From assembly GCA_013043985.1 (NCBI GenBank), contig JABEVJ010000324.1, positions 1 through 32,443 of the forward strand: 32,443 nt of DNA, written 5' to 3'. Position numbers and translations under genes: made by a program. Each line of letters begins with the position of its first letter. Position 1 is the first letter of the stretch. Below, piece by piece: positions 12,317 to 19,613 of this stretch. Below the pieces are notes generated by a model that was not told where the DNA came from, did not search any database, and saw nothing but the letters and a program-made list of their open reading frames with translations. This stretch comes from Legionellales bacterium (lineage in GTDB: Bacteria > Pseudomonadota > Gammaproteobacteria > UBA1113).

Positions 12317-12919
12317 ATGGATTTCAATGAAGAAAATATTCAAAAATTGCTACCCCCTTATTTGACGCAAGACAAAAAAGAACACTTGGAAAAAGCGATA
12401 AAAAGTTTTCCAAATATAGAGTATTTTACACGTAATTATATGTCAGATATTTTACAGGGTGACATATGGAATTCACTGGAAGTACATGATGCGCAAAGTA
12501 GTCAAAAAAAACTAATAAAAGGTATTTTATTATCTAATAGTTGTGACATGGATAGAGCGAATAAGAGATATGCACCAATATTAATTACTTTTGCACCGAT
12601 AATAAAGTTGTCAGATTATTCAAATTTTTTAAAAAAATATGGACCTCTTGCAGAAAGGGTAGATGATAAGATTTGTGCGATTAGAAATCAGCATGTGTCA
12701 AATATATTTTATTTGCCAACACACCCAACTTTAGAAGAAGAGCACATTGCACTTCTGGATGATTTACATACAATAAAACTGGACTCCTTTGAAAAGGTCA
12801 AGGAAAGACAAAAACTTCTGACTTTAAGTCAAATAGGTTTTTATGTGTTCCTATTTAAGTTATCCGTACATTTTTGTCGGTTTCATGAGGGAATTGATAG
12901 ATATCCTTCTTATCTGTGA
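12317..12919 (+). CDS. Hypothetical 200-aa protein with a divergent MazF/PemK-like pattern and S-C-D motif
   Basis: Lies 9 nt after the previous stop, with an AGGA RBS. Segments LQGDI, GILLSNSCD, ITFAPI, IALLDDLHTI and KLLTLS are collinear with MazF elements. The CDS is well supported; the fold is inferred. Confidence 0.7.
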   Translation: MDFNEENIQKLLPPYLTQDKKEHLEKAIKSFPNIEYFTRNYMSDILQGDIWNSLEVHDAQSSQKKLIKGILLSNSCDMDRANKRYAPILITFAPIIKLSDYSNFLKKYGPLAERVDDKICAIRNQHVSNIFYLPTHPTLEEEHIALLDDLHTIKLDSFEKVKERQKLLTLSQIGFYVFLFKLSVHFCRFHEGIDRYPSYL

Positions 12920-12925
12920 GGATCG

Positions 12926-12975
12926 AGAAAAAAGAGAAAAATTAAAATCGACTCACCAAACTTTACCCCGCAGCA
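12926..12975 (+). repeat. Degenerate 50-bp direct repeat, copy B (second decayed mazF 5' stub on the minus strand)
   Basis: agaaaaaagagaaaaattaaaatcgactcaccaaactttaccccgcagca; the minus strand reads LRGKVW*VDFNFSL. Confidence 0.8.
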
Positions 12976-12998
12976 GATTTCAACTGCCGTTTTTAGGC

Positions 12999-13334
12999 TC
13001 ACGCAAACATGATATCCAAAATATTTAAAATATGAGATTGAAAGTCCTTATCCAGTACACCCAACCTCTGTATGAGACGAGAGCGATCAACTGCTCTTAG
13101 TTGATCAAGCGCAACTTGTCCTTTCTTATTTTTAAATTCAATAAGAGCCCTTGTGGGAAAATTTTCTCTAATTGTGCTACTCATCGGGGCGATGATAACT
13201 GTTTTTAAACGACTTAAATTCATAGAGTCGGGAGAGATTACGACAGCAGGGCGCGTCTCCTTAATTTCAGAACCAATGGTTGGGTCTAAGTTGACTAAAA
13301 AAACATCAAATTTTTTTAGCATTACCATGTCCAT
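12999..13334 (-). CDS. mazF: Type II TA toxin, PemK/MazF endoribonuclease
   Basis: Motifs FDVFLVNLDPTIGSEIKETRPAVVISP, IIAPMSS and LDQLRAVDRSRL; overlaps the antitoxin stop. Confidence 0.95.
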   Translation of the reverse strand: MDMVMLKKFDVFLVNLDPTIGSEIKETRPAVVISPDSMNLSRLKTVIIAPMSSTIRENFPTRALIEFKNKKGQVALDQLRAVDRSRLIQRLGVLDKDFQSHILNILDIMFA

Positions 13335-13579
13335 TCTTCCGTATCAAAGTCATTAGATATATCAAGGCACAGTGCTTCATTGTCGGAATCGGCAATGGCA
13401 TTAAACTTCTCCAACCAGCCTGCGTGCTGATTTTTGAGTGGGATTAACGTCAATACCCCTTTTTCATCAGTGCTAATTTCTAATTCTTCGCCGGGGATTA
13501 AATGAGCTTCTTTCATGATGATGGCAGGTATCCGTATTCCCACAGAATTGCCCCATTTGGTTAATATAACAGTAGACAT
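13322..13579 (-). CDS. mazE: AbrB/MazE/SpoVT family antitoxin
   Basis: KWGNSVGIRIP motif, acidic C-terminus ending FDTEEWTW, directly upstream of mazF. Confidence 0.93.
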   Translation of the reverse strand: MSTVILTKWGNSVGIRIPAIIMKEAHLIPGEELEISTDEKGVLTLIPLKNQHAGWLEKFNAIADSDNEALCLDISNDFDTEEWTW

Positions 13580-13594
13580 GATTATTACTCTTTA

Positions 13595-13617
13595 GTATAT
13601 ACAAAGTATAATTATAC
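13595..13617. promoter_or_regulatory. Putative mazEF operator palindromes
   Basis: GTATATAC (13595-13602) and GTATAATTATAC (13606-13617) lie just upstream of mazE and overlap -10-like hexamers. Confidence 0.55.
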
Positions 13618-13674
13618 ATGATATATACCCAAGATACTTCAAAATCAACAAATACTCGACACACATGCGATTTT

Positions 13675-14202
13675 TTAATCCTGCACCTCAAACGCCACTT
13701 TCATAATATTATTTAATACACTCGTAATCGAGCGATCACCTGTTTCAATAATGATATCTGCCATCGAGCTATAAAGAGGCTCTCGCTCAGACATAATTTT
13801 TGAAAGTACTTCATCTCGATTCTCAACTTGGAGCAAAGGTCGTCGTTTATCATGGGTAAGTCGACGTAGCTGGTGTTCGACAGTAGTTTTTAAATAAATA
13901 ACGAGGCCATTGTTGATCAATAAGTGCCGATTATCTATATCGAGGATGGTGCCACCCCCTGTTGCAAGCACAATCTGAGATTTATTTGCAAGTTTTCTGA
14001 GTATTTTTTGTTCGCGCTTACGAAAACCCTCTTCTCCCTCAATCTCAAATATCCATGGAATATCAACGCCTGTAGCCTTTTCAATTTCTTTATCAATATC
14101 ATAAAACTTATAATGCAGTATATGAGCCAGCTTGACTCCAACGGTTGTTTTTCCGGCACCCATACCGCCAATTAGAAAGATTTTATCGGTTAAATGTTTC
14201 AT
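13675..14202 (-). CDS. aroK: Shikimate kinase I
   Basis: Motifs IFLIGGMGAGKTT, IFEIEGEEGFR.RE, LATGGG and RPLLQ; located downstream of pilQ as usual. Confidence 0.96.
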   Translation of the reverse strand: MKHLTDKIFLIGGMGAGKTTVGVKLAHILHYKFYDIDKEIEKATGVDIPWIFEIEGEEGFRKREQKILRKLANKSQIVLATGGGTILDIDNRHLLINNGLVIYLKTTVEHQLRRLTHDKRRPLLQVENRDEVLSKIMSEREPLYSSMADIIIETGDRSITSVLNNIMKVAFEVQD

Positions 14203-14203
14203 C

Positions 14204-14347
14204 AGACCTCTTGCATAACTCTACTTCTGCTTCAAAGGACCTTGTCGCTCCGGTGCTCGAATCTTCATGTACTTGCGTGTACACTCCGGTTCTGCGCTCC
14301 GTGTGCTCCTCGTCCTCTTTTGCAGAAGCGAGTTATGCAAGAGGTCT
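14204..14347. repeat. 144-bp Rickettsia palindromic element RPE-1-like repeat (MITE-like)
   Basis: Perfect 18-bp terminal inverted repeats agacctcttgcataactc / gagttatgcaagaggtct. The minus strand translates to EHTERRTGVYTQVHEDSSTG...EVELCKRS, resembling the RPE1 peptide pattern. Confidence 0.88.
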
Positions 14348-14348
14348 A

Positions 14349-16496
14349 TTATTCAACAGGGAGTTGAGTAATAATTTTTGGTGTAATAAAGATTAACAAC
14401 TCAGTTCGTGTACTTTGTTTATCTGTATTTCTAAATAAATAACCCAGAATCGGAATAGAGCCTAAAAACGGCACCCGATAAACGGTACTTGTTTCATTGT
14501 CCTCATAAATACCGCCCAGGACGATGGTTTCGCCATTGCCAACGAGAACATTCGTGACAATTTCGCGGGTATCAATAGCGGGTACCCCTGCTACATTGAG
14601 CGTGGGGTTAACTTTATCTTGAGTAACCTTAATTGCCATGATAATTTTATTATCAGGCGTGATTTGGGGGGTAACACGAAGACTCAGAACGGCGTTCTGG
14701 AACTGAACTGACGTTGCACCGCTCGAAGTTGCTTGTTGATAGGGAATTTCAGTACCTTGTTGAATTAATGCTGGATGCTGATTTGCGGTGACCAGACGCG
14801 GGCTTGATATAAGCTCACCGCCACCCTCACTTTCAATAGCAGATAACTCCAGATCGAGCATATAACCATCACCAAGTTCTGCCAGCGCAACGCCAACACT
14901 GGGTGACTGAACAGACGCGTTTGTTTGTAGTGCAGCATTAAAATCAACATTGAGCCGTTGGTTTAGGGGCACAGCGGAAACGGGATTAACAACCGCGGTT
15001 TGCTCATTGATAAGCATTTGATTGGCACCTGTGATTGTTCCTGAAACATGTGTAGGTTTGGTCAGGCCCCAGCGAATGCCCAAATCTTGCTCAAAAGCGG
15101 TATCGACGTTGACAATACGAGCCTCAATCATGACTTGCTGAACAGGTATATCGAGTTTGGTAATCAAGTTTTGTACATTAATAAGACTTGTTGGCGTATC
15201 TTGCACAATAACGGTGTTGGTTCGTTGATCGTATGTAGCATTCCCTCTGCTTGACAGTATTGAGCTGGTTTGATCCTTGAGTAGAGCTGCGACATCACTG
15301 GCTTTGGCATAGTTCAACCGAATATATTGGTTTTGTAACGGCTCTAAAGTTTGTACAGCCAATTGTGCTGCTAGGGTTTGTTTTTCCTGTATTGCCAGAT
15401 CAGTCATAGGCTCAACCATAATGACATTTCCCACTTGTTTTTTGCCTAGACCGCTGGATTTAAGAATAATATCAAGTGCTTCATCCCAAGGAATGTTATT
15501 GAGACGCAGGGTAATATTTCCTTTGACAGAATCAACGGCAACGATATTAATACTCGTAAAACTGGCTAAAATTTCAAGCACAGAGCGAATGGGAATGTCC
15601 TGAAAATTCAGTGAAATGGGTTTTCCTGTATAGGTAACTCGTTCTTGCGCCAGGGCTTTTTTTCCAGATAAAAGAGGATTAACACTAATCACAAACTGTT
15701 TGTTGACCTGGTAGGCCAATTGTTCAAATTCTCCTGCACCTTGAATTTGAATGGTGGTTTGATTGCCTTGGGTTTGAGTGGTAATCATTTTGACAGGTGT
15801 GGCAAAATCTGTGACATCCAATCTGCGTTGTAATGTTCCTGGTGCTCGGGTTCCAGGCAAGGTAGCCGTAATAGTATTACTTTGTTGGCTCACATTGACT
15901 ACGGTGTTTGCATCGGATAAATCAATCAATACATCACCGCCACCACTGTTATTACGTTTAAAATCAATATTTTTTATGTAATGTGATGCAGATGCCCCGG
16001 AAACATAAGCTTTGGCCGATACTGGGATAGAAATGGACGCAATCTTGTTTTGTAAGCCAAGGTTATTGGAGCTTGTCAACGTGAGCATAACTTTGCTGCC
16101 TTGTGTGTTGACTTGATAGGTGACAGGCTGCCGTAAATCAAAGATGAGGCGTGTACGTCCATTGGCACTGATGCTGTTTAAAGAAGTAACAACCCCTTGA
16201 TCTACATTTGAGTTGGAATTGACTATGCTTCTGTCAACATCAAAAAAATCAAGGATAACGCGGGCTGGTTGCTCGGTGGTAAAGCTTTTTGGGGTGGCTA
16301 TTGTGCCGGAAAACTGCAAGCTTATCTGCAGTTCAGTGTTTGAGATGCGTTGATAATCTACTTTGGTCAGTGTTGCTGCTGATGCGAGCAAGCAATAGCA
16401 TAAGGTTGCCAAAAAGACCGCGATGGAGATAATTACTCTTATACTCTTCGCGCTTGCTCCTAGCCCAAAATCCAATCGCTGTGAGTATGTATTCAT
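14349..16496 (-). CDS. pilQ: Type IV pilus secretin
   Basis: AMIN-like N-terminus, YTGKPISLNFQDI, QVMIEARIV, VPFLGSIPILGYLFR and ELLIFITPKI. The ATG at 16496 overlaps the pilP stop. Confidence 0.95.
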   Translation of the reverse strand: MNTYSQRLDFGLGASAKSIRVIISIAVFLATLCYCLLASAATLTKVDYQRISNTELQISLQFSGTIATPKSFTTEQPARVILDFFDVDRSIVNSNSNVDQGVVTSLNSISANGRTRLIFDLRQPVTYQVNTQGSKVMLTLTSSNNLGLQNKIASISIPVSAKAYVSGASASHYIKNIDFKRNNSGGGDVLIDLSDANTVVNVSQQSNTITATLPGTRAPGTLQRRLDVTDFATPVKMITTQTQGNQTTIQIQGAGEFEQLAYQVNKQFVISVNPLLSGKKALAQERVTYTGKPISLNFQDIPIRSVLEILASFTSINIVAVDSVKGNITLRLNNIPWDEALDIILKSSGLGKKQVGNVIMVEPMTDLAIQEKQTLAAQLAVQTLEPLQNQYIRLNYAKASDVAALLKDQTSSILSSRGNATYDQRTNTVIVQDTPTSLINVQNLITKLDIPVQQVMIEARIVNVDTAFEQDLGIRWGLTKPTHVSGTITGANQMLINEQTAVVNPVSAVPLNQRLNVDFNAALQTNASVQSPSVGVALAELGDGYMLDLELSAIESEGGGELISSPRLVTANQHPALIQQGTEIPYQQATSSGATSVQFQNAVLSLRVTPQITPDNKIIMAIKVTQDKVNPTLNVAGVPAIDTREIVTNVLVGNGETIVLGGIYEDNETSTVYRVPFLGSIPILGYLFRNTDKQSTRTELLIFITPKIITQLPVE

Positions 16497-17041
16497 GGAG
16501 AGTTTTCCTGTTGACCGCTGATCGTGATAGGTAAATTTTGCGTATGCACAAGCCAACCACCTAATCCATCTGATAAAGTTTCTTGTACAGTTATTTTTTC
16601 AGGCGTAATGCTCGTCACTTTGCCATAATTCTGCCCGATATATTGACCAACTTCAATGGTATAGATAGCGCCATCAGGTGCACTGATTAAAGCCCAGACT
16701 TTACTTTTTTCTGACATGGTACCAACCATATGTAATTGACTTAAGGCAAAAGCTTCCAAAGGTCCTCTAGTATGCGCCATATTAGGTTTTAACCAGTTAT
16801 TATTGACAACGGGTGAAAAGGGGTTGCGTTTCAGAGCGGGCATGGTCTGAGGAAGTTGCGGTGTTGAAAAAATAGGCAGCGGTTTAATGGGTTCGCCTTT
16901 CAGTTGCTCGACTGAAGCAACAAATTGTTCAGCATGTTGCATTTTGTCGCTTTCGTTGCTGCATCCAAGAAGAGTAAGGCATATTAAAGCGACAAGCCCC
17001 CTTCTTAAGCGGTATAGACCTCTTGCATAATGGAAACTCAT
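16493..17041 (-). CDS. pilP: Type IV pilus assembly lipoprotein
   Basis: Lipobox LLGC, RNPF, PLEAFAL..L.MVGT and GQYIGQNYGKV. Confidence 0.93.
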   Translation of the reverse strand: MSFHYARGLYRLRRGLVALICLTLLGCSNESDKMQHAEQFVASVEQLKGEPIKPLPIFSTPQLPQTMPALKRNPFSPVVNNNWLKPNMAHTRGPLEAFALSQLHMVGTMSEKSKVWALISAPDGAIYTIEVGQYIGQNYGKVTSITPEKITVQETLSDGLGGWLVHTQNLPITISGQQENSP

Positions 17042-17688
17042 AAGGGTTTTCCGCCTTTTGCAATCTTTTTATTGGGCTTCTTGTTGTTTTGTTTGTAGGT
17101 GACAGCAGTTAACTCCATGACCAGCAGATCATTCACAGTGGCATTTGCTGGCGTTGCATTAGCCGGAAGATTGGACATATCAACACGGTTGATTGAAAAA
17201 GTATCAATAGTAACGATATGCGGTATTTTTGCAAGTGAAGTAATAAACTCAGTCAGTTGCGCGTAAGTTCCAGTGACTGAAATCTGGATTGGTAACTCAC
17301 TGTAGTAGGGATGGTCTAATTCGGGTTGGGGTTTAATGAAGTTGAATTCCAGACCTGATTGGGTTCCTACTTTTGATATATCACCAATTAATTGAGGTAC
17401 GTCCAATTGACTGGGTAAGGCATGCAGAATGGTTTTAATTTCAGTTTTGAGTGTTTCCACCTGTTGTGAATAGGCTCTGCGATTGACAACCTGACTATAT
17501 TTAACCTGGAAACTGCTGCGCAAATCTTGTTCTGATGCGGTAGCCGCGGCAATTTTAGCTCGCATGGGCTTAACATCAAAGGTGAAAAAAAGCACAAAAA
17601 TAATAGCACAGACAAAGCCAATTACTAACAATCGGGCGGTAAATGGCCACGAGCCAATATTGTCCATGGTCAGTTCATTCATATTCAT
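17038..17688 (-). CDS. pilO: Type IV pilus assembly protein
   Basis: NIGSWP plus a TM helix, coiled coil, LP and YSELPIQISVTGTY. Confidence 0.93.
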   Translation of the reverse strand: MNMNELTMDNIGSWPFTARLLVIGFVCAIIFVLFFTFDVKPMRAKIAAATASEQDLRSSFQVKYSQVVNRRAYSQQVETLKTEIKTILHALPSQLDVPQLIGDISKVGTQSGLEFNFIKPQPELDHPYYSELPIQISVTGTYAQLTEFITSLAKIPHIVTIDTFSINRVDMSNLPANATPANATVNDLLVMELTAVTYKQNNKKPNKKIAKGGKPL

Positions 17689-18365
17689 CCGGTTATCTTC
17701 CTGTTGGTGTTTGTTGGGGAAGCAGCAGAGGCGGGTTGCGTTGCTGGCACTGAGGAAGATGATGACGTCGAAGCGGGTGATGGCGAGGCGGTATTGTATG
17801 GTGCAGTTTCATTCATTTCCAATTCAAAACCTTGGGAATATACTTCATCGAGAATACTGCTCGTGGTTTGTGAATTATTGGTATTGTCTTGTATCTCTGT
17901 TAGAACGGGATCTGAAAACGATGGAGAAGTATCGATATTTTGCATTAACTGAGATACTTGCTGATTTGAGCGAGCCTTTCCGGTTACCGTAATCAGATTG
18001 TGATCTTTTTTAATTGAGGTGATATAAATGCCATTTGGCAAAATATTGGCAAAATTATGGAACATAGACACTAAAAGTACACGACTTGTTTCCAGGGCTT
18101 GAATAATTTCGAGACGTCGCAACAAGTCATTTTTTTGTTGTTTTATGACAGTGACCTCCGCAATCTGCAGATCGACTACGGCAATTTGTTGCGAGAAATA
18201 ATCATTGACGGCAAGTTGTTTGGACAATTGGCGTGCAATGAATGTATGGATGATAAGACAAATAAAGATACACAAAACAATGGCGACTGACAATAAAAAA
18301 ACAAATTCGCGTTGTCTTTCTTTTTCTCTGAGTGTACGCCAAGGCAGTAGATTGATATTAATCAT
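17685..18365 (-). CDS. pilN: Type IV pilus assembly protein
   Basis: The N-terminal INLLPWR motif fixes the start at 18365. TM helix, coiled coil and S/P/T-rich tail follow. Confidence 0.93.
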   Translation of the reverse strand: MININLLPWRTLREKERQREFVFLLSVAIVLCIFICLIIHTFIARQLSKQLAVNDYFSQQIAVVDLQIAEVTVIKQQKNDLLRRLEIIQALETSRVLLVSMFHNFANILPNGIYITSIKKDHNLITVTGKARSNQQVSQLMQNIDTSPSFSDPVLTEIQDNTNNSQTTSSILDEVYSQGFELEMNETAPYNTASPSPASTSSSSSVPATQPASAASPTNTNRKITG

Positions 18366-19437
18366 GCTCAAAACTCCGAAGGGCCAAGCCACAACAAGTG
18401 AGAAGAGAGGAACTGTCAGCAGTGATTGCTGCAACATTGATTTTGGGGTTAATAGACATATCACTCAGCGGATTAGCGATATTACAGGTGGTTGATAAGC
18501 GCTCCTGAATAAGTGTGCTGACTCCTGGTACCATAGCACCACCTCCAGCCAATAGAATATGATCAACTTCAGTGAAACGACTCGCTGAAAAAAATAATTG
18601 TAATGAACGACGAATGAGGGGGATCAATGATTCGCGAAATGGCGTCAGGATTTCTGGCCCATAATCATCTGCAAATTGTCCCTGTTTTTTCAGAAAGCCA
18701 GCCTGTTCATAAGTGAGACCGTAGCGCCTTTGAATCGTCTCAGTGAGCTGGCGGCCGCCAAATAGCTCATCACGACTATAAATAATCTTTAAATCATGTA
18801 ATACCGTGATCGTGGTGAAAACCGAACCGATATCAACTACCGCAATCGTTCGATTTATGCCTTTATCAGGAAGTTGATCAGCAATGAGACTGCAAATGCG
18901 TTGAATCGCGTAGGATTCAACATCGATAATCTGGGGCGTTAATCCGGCCTGGCGAATGGCCTCAGCACGAGACTCAACATGTTCCGTACGCGCGGCAACC
19001 ACGAGAACATCGAGTTTACTGGAGTCTTTCTCATTGAGTCCCAAGACGGCAAAGTCCAGGGAAACTTCTTCCAGAGGATAGGGAACATAGCGACCTGCTT
19101 CAAGCTGTATATGTTCCGGCAGGTCTGACTCGTTGATGCTGGCATCAACCTGCAAAGTTTTTGTAATGATGGCTGAGGTGGGAACCGCAGCAGCAACAGC
19201 TTTAAGGGTCGATTCTGAGCGTGCATAAGCGAGCTCAATAGATTCCGCCAGTGCAACGATGTCTTTCACATCGTTTTCAATGATGGCATGAGGAGGAATA
19301 GAGGCAACGGCATAGCTTTGCACACGATAGCGGTGATTGTGTGCACTGAGCTCCACGAGCTTCACGGCAGTTGAGCTGATGTCCATGCCCAATACCCGAG
19401 GTGATTTGCGACTAAAATAGGGAATTTTAAAATCCAT
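18358..19437 (-). CDS. pilM: Type IV pilus assembly actin-like protein
   Basis: Motifs LGMDISSTAVKLVEL, PYPLEEV..DF, LAGGGA, ANP and GLALR. Confidence 0.96.
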   Translation of the reverse strand: MDFKIPYFSRKSPRVLGMDISSTAVKLVELSAHNHRYRVQSYAVASIPPHAIIENDVKDIVALAESIELAYARSESTLKAVAAAVPTSAIITKTLQVDASINESDLPEHIQLEAGRYVPYPLEEVSLDFAVLGLNEKDSSKLDVLVVAARTEHVESRAEAIRQAGLTPQIIDVESYAIQRICSLIADQLPDKGINRTIAVVDIGSVFTTITVLHDLKIIYSRDELFGGRQLTETIQRRYGLTYEQAGFLKKQGQFADDYGPEILTPFRESLIPLIRRSLQLFFSASRFTEVDHILLAGGGAMVPGVSTLIQERLSTTCNIANPLSDMSINPKINVAAITADSSSLLTCCGLALRSFEHD

Positions 19438-19464
19438 TCGTCCTATGGTTCCTTATTTATGGAT

Positions 19465-19490
19465 GAGTTCCCGCCTTCGCGAGAATGACA
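19465..19490. repeat. Single decayed REP half-unit (TTCCCGCCTTCGCGrGAATGAC type)
   Basis: gagttcccgccttcgcgagaatgaca is a short hairpin ending in AATGAC, the same terminal tag as the CGTC-type repeats. It lies in the pilM leader. Confidence 0.5.
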
Positions 19491-19547
19491 AAGAGAAAAT
19501 GTCCTGCGTCAAGTAAAGATTTCCTTATTATGCCAGAAGCGAAATGT

Positions 19548-19577
19548 TTTACAAAGTTGTTATTAGCTTGTTATACT
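19548..19577 (+). promoter_or_regulatory. Putative mrcA promoter
   Basis: TTTACA-N18-TATACT with an extended -10 (TGtTATACT). Confidence 0.45.
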
Positions 19578-19613
19578 CGCAATTCTATAACTTGAGTCAA
19601 TTTTTGAAACATA

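Noticed and set aside
10898-13674. Tn7 insertion, prophage or integron in the accessory patch
   Set aside because: Tn7 targets the glmS 3' end and glmS is absent. I see no tns genes, integrase, phage genes or attC-like sites.
14145-14396. 83-aa plus-strand ORF across the aroK-pilQ junction
   Set aside because: It is the open frame of the RPE-1-like element, antisense to both flanking genes. The frame that would extend aroK contains a TAG.
17564-17992. 142-aa plus-strand ORF, and the many other 60-105-aa antisense or alternate-frame ORFs inside atp, pil, mrcA and ahcY
   Set aside because: They lie fully within well-supported genes and show no motifs; shadow ORFs.
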